Of a DNA stretch of 64,000 bases, positions 15,436-29,924 are shown in pieces. Position 1 is the stretch's first letter; each line of letters opens with the position of its first letter. The notes under the pieces were generated by a model that had not been told where the DNA came from, did no database searches, and saw only the letters and a list, made by a program, of their open reading frames with translations. The stretch lies in NCBI RefSeq assembly GCF_009914755.1, contig NC_060927.1. The stretch is one strand, 5' to 3'. A program made the translations under genes and the position numbers. The DNA is from the human T2T-CHM13v2.0 reference genome, Homo sapiens.

Positions 15436-15765
15436 ATAATAATTAGGTCTCCATAGAAGAAATAAAATTAGACTGCTTTTTTACACCTCATATACAACAT
15501 ATAAATTCCAGATGTGTTAAAGATCAAAATGACTAAAAAGAAACTTTCAAACATTTAAAAGCTCCTATAAAAGAATGTTTTACAGCCTTAAAATAGGAAA
15601 AAATTATTTAAAAAACAAACACATGTAAGCATTCATAAGAAAAAAGGAAATTATTTCATTAAAGTCAAATAAAAAATGAAAATCTCCATCATAAGAAAAT
15701 TTAAAACACAAGTGCCAGACTGAGAAAACAGATTTGCCACATATGTAATAGCCAATAAATTTAGA
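15376..15765 (+). mobile_element. Old L1ME-type ORF2 fragment
   Basis: CACCTCATATACAACATATAAATTCCAGATGTGTTAAAGA; CAGACTGAGAAAACAGATTTGCCACATAT. Confidence 0.6.
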
Positions 15766-15774
15766 TTATTCATT

Positions 15775-16185
15775 CGCTTTCATACCTTCTTCCTTTAAGA
15801 AAGAGATCTCTCCAAACTTTTAGCTGTACACATGGCCTCCCAGCTGGAGATGCTATCTCTCAGGCTTCCAAGCACCCACCTGGGCCTTGTGACCAAGCCC
15901 TGGCCAATGGGAAAAAAGCGGGAGGAGTGTTGACTGTGCACTCTGAATAGAATCTTTGACGTGGAAATGACTTACCATCATTTTCCTCCTTACACTTTCT
16001 ATTGGCTGGAAATGATAAATAGCCTTGATGCCAGAGACAGAAGCCATGTCTTGAAGATTACAAAGCCATCTTGTCTTCAACTCTGGACTGCTTTGTGGGA
16101 GAGAATAAACTTCTTGCTTATTTAAGTCATTGTTTTTTTGTATCTCTTTCTGATAGCAGGCCAAATGTAGCTTTTCTCTAACTAA
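15775..16185 (+). mobile_element. Old ERVL/MaLR LTR (MLT1J/LTR33-like)
   Basis: GTGACCAAGCCCTGGCCAATGG...GAGAGAATAAACTTCTTGCTTATTTAAGTCATTGTT. Confidence 0.6.
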
Positions 16186-17401
16186 AATTATTAACACTGT
16201 ATCACAGAAGCATAAACTGATACTTGAAGAAACTTATATCAAGGATATATCAAACAAGAAGTGGCAAAGTGAAATATAGTGGTGTTTCTGACTCCAAAGC
16301 CTGTGTTCTTCATACCTTAATCCTAGGCAGGGAAAGTCTGGCCCAAGGGCATAAATTCTCAAATGTGACTGTAAAGGGCAGTCTCAAAGCGACTGCTAAT
16401 TAAAACCTAGAGCATATGAAAATTCTAATTAGGAAATATTTGGCTCCTTTATATATTTGTTTTAAAAGGTCTCAGACATTGTTCTAGGATCAATGCTAGG
16501 GGTACTTTTTGGGATTTAATGTGGCTAGTAGGTGATGTGATTACAAAGTATTCTTCTCAGTCATTCCACCACATCCACCCCAACAGGAAGATAAAATATT
16601 TTCTTACCCTGATGGAAAGTTAGCTCTTATAAGTCACAGTTAAATTTCCTCTCTCTCAGCCTATAGCACATAAAGTATTACCAGTGTATTAGGAAAGAGA
16701 CTGATAGAATCAGTTTAATTTTCTCAGTGTTCTAATGAGGAAAGTATCAGGCAGTGAAAGAGTTTATCAACCAATGTTCCAAACAACAGTGACTGCAAGA
16801 TTTTTCCACGTGGAAGTAGAAATATAATAAATCTAGGTCAAAAAGAGCTATTTGGTTACCAAGCAGTGATTTGGAACCAAGGCAGCAATTTTCTCTCAAT
16901 CTGAAAAGGAAAAGTATTTTGTTCTTGTAGCTGATTCAATTAAAACAAGACACATGAAAACATTACATTTTTTTTCCCTTGATGCCAGAGTTGCAGAAAG
17001 ACTGAAGAGATACTTAACAGGGCAATATTTCAGTCATAAAAACTAATCTGCTTTGTCATTGAGGTGTTTAAGGGAAAATTCAACACCACCAAGCACGTTA
17101 GTGTGGCCCAGATGCACAGCAGATTCTAGAAGCACAATGCTAACAGGAGCTTTCATCAGCAGGAGATCCTTTTACTTTCAGAATAACTATCATCAAATAA
17201 AGACAAAGTAGTTGAGAGGAAAGCAGACGGTTAAGAAGGAAAATTGAGCACTTTAGTTTGCCAAGGAATGTATTTATAAACATGCTGAGCAAAATAAAAA
17301 TTAATGTTATGATTTTGAACCTTTCATGTAAATTACATCTGAATACTAATATGTGTATGTATATGTATATGACTATGTATAGATGTAAATATGGAATATT
17401 T

Positions 17402-17491
17402 AACTTCCTTAAATGAATGTATACGTATATGACTATGTATATATTTACATCTATACATAGTCATATACGTATACATTCATTTAAGGAAGTT
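17402..17491. repeat. Perfect 40-bp inverted repeat with 10-nt loop
   Basis: AACTTCCTTAAATGAATGTATACGTATATGACTATGTATA (17402-17441) is the exact reverse complement of 17452-17491. Confidence 0.98.
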
Positions 17492-17639
17492 GAGGTTAGT
17501 TGGGAGTATGGATACTTATATCAGAGAACAAATTCATTATATGTTTTATTAAGTGTGCTTTGGTTGAATTCTAAATATTTTTATAAACTATAATTTTGAG
17601 ATTGAGAAAAATCAATATGCAAGAAATATTATGAAGTCT

Positions 17640-18170
<531 letters not shown>

Positions 18171-18171
18171 A

Positions 18172-18250
18172 ATTTTATTTTATTTTATTTATCTATTTAT
18201 TTATTTATTTATTTTTTGAGACAGAGTCTCGCTCTGTCACCCAGGCTGGA
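18172..18250 (-). mobile_element. Alu 3' fragment (tail plus ~35 bp)
   Basis: (TTTA)n GAGACAGAGTCTCGCTCTGTCACCCAGGCTGGA, then an abrupt switch to L1. Confidence 0.9.
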
Positions 18251-19374
18251 TTAAAGACTTAAACGTTAGACCGAAAACCATAAAAACCCTAGAAGAAAAC
18301 CTAGACAATACCATTCAGGACATAGGCACGGTCAAAGACTTCATGACTAAAACACCAAAAGCAACGGCAACAAAAGCCAAAATTGACAAATAGAATCTAA
18401 TTAAACTAAAGAGCTTCCGCATAGCAAAAGAAGCTCATCAGAGTGAACAGGAAAACTACAGAAAGTGAGAAAATTTTTGCAATCTATCCATCTGACAAAG
18501 GGCTAATATCCAGAATCTACAAAGAGCTTAAACAAATTTACAAGAAAAAAAAAAAACACCATCAAAAAGTTGGTGAAGGATATGAATAGACACTTCTAAA
18601 AAGAAGACATTTATGCAGCCAACAAACATATGAAAAAGAATCTCATCATCACTGGTTATTAGAGAAATGCAAATCAAAACCGCAGTGAGATACCATCTCA
18701 TGCCAGTTAGAATGGCGATCGTTAAAAGTCAAGAAACAACAGATGCTGGAGAAGATGTGTAGAAATAGGAATGTTTTTACATTGTTAGTAGGAGTGTAAA
18801 TTAGTTCAACCATTGTGTAAAACAGTGTGGTGATTTCTCAAGGATCTAGAACCAGAAATACCATTTGACCCAGCAATTCCATTACTGGGTATATACCCAA
18901 AGGATTATAAATCATTCTACCATAAAGACACATGCACAAGTATGTTTATTGTGGCACTGTTCATGATAGCAAAGACTTGGAACCAACCCAAAAGCCCATC
19001 AATGATAGACTGGATAAAGAAAACGTGGCACATTTACACCATGGAATACTATGCAGCCATGAAAAAGGATAAGTTCATGTCCTTTGCAGGGACATGGATG
19101 AAGCTGGAAACTATTATTCTCAGCAAACTAACACAAGAACAGAAAACCAAACACTGCATGTTCTCACTTATAAGTGGGAACTGAACAATGAGAACTCAGG
19201 GGAACAGGGAGGGAAACATGACACACCAGGGCCTGTTGAGGGGTAGGAGACTGGGGAGCAATAGCATTAGGAGAAATACCTAATGTAGATGATGAGTTGA
19301 TGGGTGCAGCAGACCACCACAGCACGTGTATACCTATGTAACAAACCTGCATGTTGTGTACGTATACCCCAGAA
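18247..19374 (+). mobile_element. L1PA (approx. PA7/8) 3' ~1.1 kb, lacking poly-A
   Basis: TGGATTAAAGACTTAAACGTTAGACC...; ORF 18942-19184 is the ORF2 C-terminus; 3'UTR stops at ATACCCCAGAA. Confidence 0.95.
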
Positions 19375-21030
19375 ATATTATTTATTTTCATATATTGATC
19401 TTTTATCTTACATCCTTACTAAACTCACTGTAATTCTAATTGCTCTTTCGTAGGTGCCACTGTGTTTGTACATAGGCAATTATATCATTTGCAAATAAAT
19501 AGTTTTGTTTCTTTCTTTCTAATCTGAATGGCTTTCATTCTTGCCTATTGCACTGACTGGAGCTGCAAATGCAATGTTGAATAGTAGTTGTGAGAGCAGA
19601 AATGCTTGCATTTTTTATCTTAAGAGAAAAGCATTCATTTTTTTTCACCACTAAGTACAATGTTAGTTATAAGTTTTAACATAGGTGTCTTTTATCAAGA
19701 TAAGAAAGTTCTATTTCTTCTTTGCCGAAATCTTCTTTCATGTATAGATATTAGACTTTTTAAAATGCTTTTTCTGCATCTATTGAGATTATTATAAGAC
19801 TTTTATTTTTAATATATTATTTGGCGAATTACATTCATTGATTTTGGAATGTTAAACCATGTATTGCTGGAATAAACCACTTACTCTCATGATGTATCAT
19901 CTTTCTATATCTTGTTGTGTTTAATTTGTTAACATTTAGTTAAAATTTTTTGGATATATATTCATGAAGATTATTGTTCTATAATTTTCTTTTCTGATAA
20001 TGCCTTCTGATTTTGTTATCAAAATAATGCTGACCTCATAGAATGATTTAAGAAAATTCCCTTTTGGTCAATTTTCTGGAAGAGCATGCGCAGAGTTGGT
20101 ATTATTTCTTCCATGGATATTTAGTAGACTGTCCCATTGAAGGCTTCTGGGACTAGTGTTTTCCTTTGTGGAAGGCTTTTAACGGCAAACTCAATTTTTA
20201 AAAAAATATGGGGATATTTGGGCTAGCTATTTCTTCTTGAGTCAACATTCTTCTTGAGTCAACATTCTTCTTGAGTCAACATTCTTCTTGAGTGAACACC
20301 TTGTGATCTTCAAGGTAATTGCTCATTTAAATCTAAGTTACAGAATATACTTGTACAAAGTTGTTGGCAATATTACCATATTTTTCTGTTAATATTCATG
20401 GAATCTGTAGTGATGGTGCCTCCTTCATTCCGTATATCATTTTTTGTGTCTTTCTTTTAAGTTTTACCTGATTAATCTGGCAAGAAATTCATCAACTATG
20501 TTAATCTTCTCAAATACTTACTTTTTTATTTTATTGATTTTCCTCTTTCTATGTGTCTGTCTCTGTGTCTAGCTCTCTCCCTCTTTGATCCTTATGATTT
20601 TTGTTCTACCGGTTTATATTTTATTTACTGTATTTTTCTGTTTTTCTAGGACTTAATCAATTTGAGAATTTTCTTTTTTAAACCAGGCATTTACTGATAT
20701 AAATTTCCCTTAAATACTATATTAGATCCATCCTACAAATTTTGATGTACTTTATTTTTATTTTAATTCAGTCCATTGTACTTTCTATTTTTTTGTTTAG
20801 ATGTGTTCTATTTAGTTTCCAAATACATGTTTGGCAATTTTCAAAATGTGTTTTTCTTATTTATTTCCAATTTCATCCTATTTTTATCAGAGAAAATACA
20901 TTATATTATGTAATATCTTTTACATTCATTGATACTTCTTCTGCAGCCAAGAATATGTTTTATGTTAGTAAATGTTCATTGTGCACTAGAAAAGAATTTT
21001 TAGTCTGTTTTCATTGGGAAAAGCATCCAA
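19371..21030 (-). mobile_element. Old L1M ORF2 region
   Basis: GCAATGTTGAATAG, AAATGCTTTTTCTGCATCTATTGAGAT, GATTTTGTTATCAAAATAATGCTGACCTCATAGAATGA. Confidence 0.85.
20231..20298. repeat. 17-bp minisatellite x4
   Basis: TTCTTCTTGAGTCAACA x3 plus TTCTTCTTGAGTGAACA. Confidence 0.97.
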
Positions 21031-21079
21031 GCCTTCTTTATCTGTAGTAAATTTCTATTGACTGTTGCTACCAATTTGT

Positions 21080-22270
21080 GATAATATCATCACCACCCAC
21101 TTTCTTGCCATCTGGCTGCTTTTAAGATTATCTCTTTATGACTGGTTTTGAGCAATTTGAGTATAGTGTGGCTTGGGTCTTTTTTTTTTTTCATTTTTCT
21201 TGCGCTTTGGGGTCATTGAGTTTTTTTATCTATTGGACTTTATATCAAATTGGACACATTTTGATATATATTTATTTATTTATGTACCATTTCCCACTTT
21301 CAGGGTCTTTGGTTGTGTGTATATTAGGTCGTTGAGGTTTTCCTACAATTCATTCATGCTCTTTTCATTTTTAAAAATTATTTTTCTCTATGTTACATTT
21401 TGTTTACTTCTGTTGTTATGTCTCCAAGTTTATTAATCTTTTCTTTCTCAGTGTTTAATTTGTCATTTATTCCATCAGTTTATTTTTTTAATTTTAGACA
21501 ATATAATATTCATTTCCAAGAGTTCACATTGGATCTTTTTTTTTGGAGATCTTATTTGTTTTCTTAACTTTTTGAACATATGGAATACAGTTAATATAAT
21601 TGCTTTAATATCCTTGTCTGCTAATTTTAGCATGTTTCAGCTCCCTATCAATTCTCAAATTATTGATTAAGGTATTGATTATTATCTCCTTCTGAGCTGT
21701 GTTTTTACTGCTTCTTTGCATATAGAGTAATCTTTAATTGCATGCATGACAGGTGGATAAGTTACTTGGATAGAGTTTGACACTTATAAATCTTGTTTTA
21801 TTTTTTGTTTGACAAATTGGAAGCAATGTTTGACTTAGGATAATTACTTACCACTAGTGAGGAATGGTATTTCTGAGTGTTCTACTTAATGATCCATAAA
21901 TTATGAGTTTTTCTGGTCTGGCTGGTTCTATTTTTGTCGCTGTGCAATCCTGAGCACTATTCCTTTTGATCTTTTCAGTTGGTTATTTTTCTGTGCTTGG
22001 GCAGTTTCCTCATACATATGCCATATGCAGTAATCAATACTCTTCTGAATACTGAATAGAGATGCTCTGTAGATTGCCAGCATTCTTTTTCCTTGTAGCC
22101 CTCTTGTCTTGGTTACTTGGTCCTGAAAAATCTAGACACTTTGCTCTCCATGTACTCTCAGCTCTGTCTTAACTCCTGGCATCCACTGGGATCAGCATAG
22201 ACTCTCTCTCCCAGCACCAAAGCTTGGAACATTCCAGGCAGTAAGCTGAGACTATTGTAGGGCACATTAC
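21080..22270 (-). mobile_element. Old L1M 5' region (ORF1/5'UTR)
   Basis: TCTGGCTGCTTTTAAGAT...GGTTTTGAGCAATTTGA...TCCTTGTCTGCTAATT...CCAGGCAGTAAGCTG. Confidence 0.6.
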
Positions 22271-22869
22271 TGTCAATAGAAGAGTTGAAAGAGCAAAACA
22301 TTTAGTACAAGATTTGACCTACAGAGACAAATGTCTAGCCCTTTTTACAGATAATAGCATGTTAACTACCCAAAGGCAGGTGTCAGATTCCCAAAGTTTT
22401 CACTTATTAAATTATATTTCTGGTTTTCTCAAATATGACTCATTGGAGAGTTTTCAAATAAATTACCATTCTGAACTCTTTTTTGCTAGGTTTTAAGATT
22501 TTGTCAAAAGGTTTGTTATTATTTTGTTTGTTTAACATCGATCAAAGAACTCAATATTATATATGTCACAGATAAAGTGATATTGATAAAATTACCAAAG
22601 TATAACAAATAGGTCAAATTTGTTCATTTAGTCTTGAATCACTATAAATTTACTAAGAGTATTAACATCAACCATTCTTTAACTGATTTTCTCCAATTAC
22701 TTAAACTTATAACATGTTTTAGCAATAGTTTACTTTTTAGGTAACTCTTTTTTTTCATTGATACTCTCCAAAAATGGATGCTCCTTGATATGTGAAAAAA
22801 ATTATCATTCTGTTTTTGACCTAACATATTTAATACTAACTGTAAAAACCTTTTTCATAGGTTTCTACT

Positions 22870-23615
22870 TGTATTAGTCCACTTTTACACTGCTATGAAG
22901 AATGCCTGAGACTGGGTAATTTATTAAAAAAAGAGATTTAATTGACTCACATTTCCAAATGGCTGTGAAGGCCTCAGGAAACATAAAATCATGGTGGAAG
23001 ATGAAGGAGAAGCAAGGCATGTCTTACATGCTGGCAGGAGAGAGAGAGAAAAGAAAATTGCCACACTTTTAAACCATCAGATATCATGAGAACTCACTCA
23101 CTATCACAAGAATGGCATAAAGGAAAGCACCTTCATCATCCAGTCACTTCCCACTAGGTCCCTCCCTCAACACATGGGGATTACAAGTCAAGATGAAATT
23201 TCGGTGGGGACACAGAGCCAAACCATATGATTAAGCCCCGGCCCCTCCCAAATCTCGTGTCCCTCTGACATTTCAAAACACAATTATGCCTTCCCAATAG
23301 TCAAAGTCTTAACTCATTCCAGAATTAACCCAAAAGTCTAAAACTCACAGTTCCACATGGCTGGGGAGGCTCAGAAAACTTACAATCTGGCAGAAGGCAA
23401 AGGGGAAGCAAGGCATATCTCACACGGTGGCAGGAGAGAGAAGGGAGAGCACCAGACACTTAGCAAACAACCCGATCTCTTGAGAACTTACTATCATGAG
23501 AAGAGCATAAAGGGAACCGCCCCTATTATCCAATCCCACTAGGTCCCTCCCTTGATACTTGAGGAGTACAATTCGACATGAGATTTGGATGGGGACACAG
23601 ACGCAAACCATATCA
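22870..23615 (-). mobile_element. MSTA/THE1-type MaLR provirus, internally deleted (LTR, ~110 bp internal, partial LTR)
   Basis: LTR 22870-23230; internal CCCCGGCCCCTCCCAAATCTC...AACCCAAAAGTC; second LTR ~23343-23615; 5-bp TSD CTACT at 22865-22869 and 23616-23620. Confidence 0.92.
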
Positions 23616-25944
23616 CTACTATAACACTACATTAGATACAGTTTCTGTGAATTGACAGAAACAGATCTATATTGAGCCTTACATCGTTGTCTAATCAGAG
23701 GCATCTTTCTAGTCAAGAGTATGTCAAATTTTAGCAAGAGGGTTTCAGTTTTACTAAAGATGGGTTCTGTGAGACAAATCTGCAGTTCTTACTGAGAATA
23801 CAGAAAATTCATATTGAACCATTTGGGGTACCTTAGCATGACTTCAGGAAAACTTTTCCATGAAAACCCCGCAGGCTGTGAAAGGAATATGCTCAGATGA
23901 CAGCCTCATTGAGTTATTTGTGCAGCAACCCAGTATGTCTCTATGTCATGCCATCACTCTTCCTATCAAAAGTGGGGACAGAAAATAGTAGCAACAACAA
24001 TAACAACAACAAAAAAGTGATTGTGAGAGGGGCTGTAAGTATTCTTTAAAGGTGTTTTATTTGAGAGAAAAAATTAGGAATATTTAGACAATATACAGCA
24101 GAGATCAGATCTCAAGGTATTGAAATATACTCTCAGAATTATAATTTATATATGTATTTTATGCCAAATATGGATTTTAAACAAACATTTTATAAGATTC
24201 AATAACAATGTTAAGAAGAAAAATTTCAATTGAAGGGATCAAATAAAATGAATATAAAATGGCTTTTTTCTTGACTAGTAAGTGGAGCATTACATAATTC
24301 ATCAGAAGAGCCAGTTTTATAATCCACATAAATGAGTTTTATGATGATAGCAAATCAGAAGCATGTGAGAAATATTATAATCTGAGTCAAAATAATTTTA
24401 CCACTAATGTCTCGTTTAGTTTACTGATAACTTAAATTTATTGGACTATTGGCTCACAGAGTCGGGAAACATATGCCAGTCAATAAACATTATGAAGAGT
24501 AAAAGAAACTCAGAAATCGCTGGAGAATAGTTCTTTGTTTTCTTGAGGTGAGTATAAAATGCAATATAATAAATCTTCTAAGGGAAGAGAAAGAACACAA
24601 ATGAAAAGGAATTATATTTTACCAAATAGCCCTTGATAAGTTTCAGAATGAGGCTTTTTAAAGTAATAATATTATTGCTTTGAAAGTTTACCATTTAGAA
24701 CAGGTCGGATGATACCAGAAGAAAACTGATGAGAAATAGTTAATGAAAGCAGAAAAGTGACCACAGTCATTGTTTTTATTTACGTATTAATTCATTATTA
24801 TTTAAGTTTTCCTATTGTTTTTATTATTTTTGTGACAATAGTAATTGAGTTGCTGTCATTGGCTATAAAATTAGAAGATGCTTGGAAAGGATAATAAATA
24901 TATAAATTATGTTTTGGGAGACTCAGGCTGGAAGTTATAATACAGAGAAAGAAAAAAGAAATTGGGGTTGAAATAATCAAAATTGATGAAGTTTATCTGG
25001 CATTGTTTTTCTTTGCTATTATCACAAATTTTTAATTTATACCTTAATATTAAAGTTGATGTCAGAGTTGTATTCAGGCCTAATTTATCTATCCTTAGTT
25101 CTAGTACCTTCTATTAGTGTCTTGAATAAAAAGGCAGAGAATACATAGCAGATCAACTGAAGGCTCTCCTGTATATATTAAATATTTTAATATTGACAAT
25201 TTCATTTTGAAAACTAAGACAATGTAAGCACCAGTTATATGTTTGAGCTCAGACTGTTGCAATTTCCTGATTTGTTAAATGAAACAATTGATCATCTTTG
25301 TCCCTTACTCTCTTCACCTCTGAAAATGGTTTCAAATTAATACCTACTACTGTTTTTTTCTTTTCTCAAGTAGATAACTCCAAGTAAAACTTACTGCCTG
25401 CTCTTGGCATCATTCTTCTATTGCTTACCCACACTTTCCTTCTTGCCTTGCCCTTATCATTTACCACATCATGCGCCACACTATTAGGTTAGGATCACAA
25501 AGCAATGCAGTTATTTGATAAGAGACTTAAATTATCAACATTTTAACAGCACATTGTCAACTCACACATCTGTTCTGAACAAATACTGTAATCCACTGGG
25601 TACAGGTTGGCTGGGTGAACTGTACATTTGTGAATATCTGAATCACGTATTTGATGAGGAGTATCTATATTAACCTTCCTTTTTTATTCTATATGGGTTC
25701 TGAAATTGCAAGCAACTAAGAGTAGAGATAGAAGAATGGCATTGGTCTGTGATTGGGCAACAAATGCTAACTCTTTTTTCTTAAGTTCATGAACAGATGC
25801 TTTGAAGAAAATAGTTATCTCAGCCATTTTCTAGGGGAAAGATGACAAATGCAAACAAAAATATACCTTCCTGAGAGAGTCATGCACCATGATTCTTAGA
25901 GATAACTACTTCATATTTTGAAGGTAGGAGCCAAGTTCTTCATT

Positions 25945-27420
25945 AAATTATTCAGTAATATGCATCCTTCTAGTAATAGGAATATAGCAATAGAAACATA
26001 TAAAGTCCCTGAACTCATGGGGCTTATATTCTACTGTTAGAGACAGATATTAAATAAAATAAATAGTAAAAATATATATAAGAATTTGGGTAATGGTAAG
26101 TGCTATGGAGAAAATCAAAGCTGGGGAAAGGAATAGAAATTGTTGATGTGAGAAGATGATATTTTACATTAAAGAAATACAATTAATGAAGACAAACACA
26201 TGCAGATACCATGGAAGGACATTTCAGAAAAAGATAATAGAAAATACCTTGAGACATTAGAGTGTCTGGCGTGTTTTTGGGACAGAAATGAGGCCAATAT
26301 AGCTAAAATGGAATAAACAAGGGAGAGAACAGAAGGAAAATTTAATAGGTACTAAAGTGTCAACCACAGAGAGTTTTAAAGGCTATTGTGGACTTAACCC
26401 TTTACTGTGAATAATATCAGAAGCCATTAGAGGGTTTTGTGCAGAGGAAAACATGATCAGGCTTAAATGAATGTGGTGGCTCATGCCTGTAGTCCCAGCA
26501 CTTTAGGGGGCCAAGGTGAGAGGATTGCCTGAAGCCCAGGAGTTCAAGAAAGCCTGGGCAACATGGCAAAACCCCATCTCTACTCCAAAAAATAAAAAAA
26601 TTAGCTGGGCAGGGTGTCGTGTGCCAGTAGTCCCAGCTACTCAGGAGGCTGAGGTAGGAGGATCGCCTAACCCTAGGAGGCAGAAGTTGTCATGTGCCAA
26701 GATGGGGCAACTGGACTCCAGCCTGGGTGACAGAGCGAGACCTGTCACACACATAAAAAAATAAAAAATAAAACAACAACAACAAAATGTGATCAGGCTC
26801 ACTTTTCCAAAAGGTTACTCTGGCTATTTAACTGAAAGTAGACTGTAGGAAGCATGACAGAATCGGGAATATCAATTAGTAGGCTATTGCAAAAATCTAA
26901 GCAAGAGGTAAGAACAGCTTGGATTCATGTAGCAACATGAGAAGCAATGGAAAAGAGATTGGGATTTGTACATATATTAAAGATAGAGCTAACACAATTC
27001 TCTGATGGATTGGGCATGGAGCATGTACAAAATACAGCAATCAACAATGGCATTCAATTATTTGGCCTACACATGAAAAGAAAAATTGGGCTGCCATCAA
27101 CTGAGATTGGAAATATTGAGAAATAAGTAGGTTGTAAGGGAGGAGATAAGGAAATATCGACAAGAAAAATTTTGCAAGATTGAAGCAGATTCAGAAAGAA
27201 GGAATGGAGGGAAATTGAAACAGTGGAATAGACTACTTTAAAGAGTTTTGTAGTAAAAGTAAAAGGAGGGATGGGACTACAACTGAAGGTGGAAATGTAG
27301 TTGTGGTTTTCTTTTGTTATGTTTCCAGATGGGGGATGTGACTGAATATTTGTTTGCAAATGAGATGTTTAGCAAAGAGTTAGAAATGATGTAGATTAAA
27401 ATATGGGGAAATTGTTGAAA
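25945..27420 (-). mobile_element. L2, interrupted by AluJ
   Basis: AAGTCCCTGAACTCATGGGGCTTATATTCTA...TAAGTGCTATGGAGAAAAT...AGGCTATTGCAAAAATCTAAGCAAGAG. Confidence 0.8.
26466..26786 (+). mobile_element. AluJ
   Basis: GAGGATTGCCTGAAGCCCAGGAGTTC, a J-type diagnostic; TSD approximately TGATCAGGCT. Confidence 0.93.
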
Positions 27421-27436
27421 CAACATAGGTTCTTGA

Positions 27437-28146
<710 letters not shown>

Positions 28147-28493
28147 AGTTGGCTAATGTGAAGCAAGTGTGCATTCTTCTACTAAATATGTCAGTGTGAG
28201 TTTTGTAAAGTTTAAGAATGAAAAGGAACTATAATAAAAAGTAAAGTCCATATTCTTATCAGGTAGAGGAGTATATTTTGATTAATAGATTGCAATAATC
28301 CAGTTAAGCAACAAATTATATCTCTTGATAAATCTTTCCCATTTATCTCCATGTCTCTCAATCAGCAGGTCAGCAGTGATGATTTCAGAGGCATGGAAAT
28401 TTAATGTAATTTTGGAACCTTTAAGTTTTATGAAAATATTTTAAATTATGTTTGATTCTGTTTATTATCTGACATCTATGCATGGAGTATAGT

Positions 28494-29043
28494 TGTATTC
28501 ATTCTATAGAGCTGCATGGTAAACTAGCACAAAACTTAGCAACTTAAAAGAATACAATTTATTATTTCATAATTTCTGAAAGTTGAGTCTGGCATGAGTC
28601 ATTTGCTTTAGGGTTTCTCACAAGGCTGCAATCAAGGTGCTGCCTGAAGCTGTAGTTTCATCTGAAGACTCAACTGGAGAAGGACCCACTCTTAGGCTCT
28701 CTCACATGGTTTTTGGTATAATTTAGTCCCTCAAGGGTTGTTGAATTGAATGCCTCAACTCCCCTTTGGCAATTGGCCAGAGACTTCCCTCAGTTCCTTA
28801 ACACTTAGGTCACACCAGATTGTTTCATCAGAGCAAAAGAAAGAGAAGAGAGAGAGGAATACAAAACTCTCAGTCTTTTATAAATAAATCTTGAAAGTTA
28901 TACCTACTTACTTTTGCTCTATTCTATTTGATAGAAGCAGGTTACTAGGTCCAGCCCACACTCAAAGGGAAAGGATTATACAAGGGCATAGATGCTAGGA
29001 GAGAGAAATCATCAAGAGCCATTTTAGAAGGTTATCTACCACA
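28494..29043 (-). mobile_element. MLT1F-like LTR
   Basis: AAAACTTAGCAACTTAAAA...CACAAGGCTGCAATCAAGGTG...CTAGGTCCAGCCCACACTCAAAGG...CTACCACA. Confidence 0.8.
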
Positions 29044-29288
29044 ATGACCAATACAATTTTCAAAGATTTTATTATTCAAAGGTTTTCTCATAATTTAAAG
29101 TACTCCAGTGAGCCAAAACAACAGGGGAGGGAGATTTTGAGTAATTAAAAGATAAAAAGCCAGAAACAAACAAACAAAAAACTTATAAACAAAAATAATT
29201 GATTTTTCAACATTACTCAGTGTATTAATTAGAAAGCCATTTTTTTGACCTGGTATAAAGACAAAATTCGATATCATATTGCATCTAA

Positions 29289-29591
<303 letters not shown>

Positions 29592-29924
29592 TAAAAGAAA
29601 ATTTTAAGTTAATAGTTAATAAGTGTAAAAAGCTCCTTTCCTGATTTCCTTACACTTTAATGAGATAATATGGTGATTTCATTCCAAGGCAAATTTATTG
29701 CTGATCTAAGAAAATGAAGCATGAATACCCATTATGCTTCTACACTATCAGTTACTGTGTGTTCCTTTAATGACAGTGCATGACCTTTGTAGATTTTCTA
29801 AAAAGGTATTTTTTTAAAAAGTAAAATGTTACCTGAGGCAAGACCAGGTTTTAATAAATAGATACACAAAAAAATAGTTCGCTGAACAATGATGACGTCC
29901 TCTTTAGTAACTATTGTGTTATTT

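Noticed and set aside
20231-20298. Direct repeats as a CRISPR-like array
   Set aside because: No spacers, 17-bp head-to-tail units, primate DNA
24480-24553. Strong splice donor GAG|GTGAGT suggesting an exon
   Set aside because: Isolated motif with no supportable acceptor or ORF; such matches are expected by chance in 64 kb
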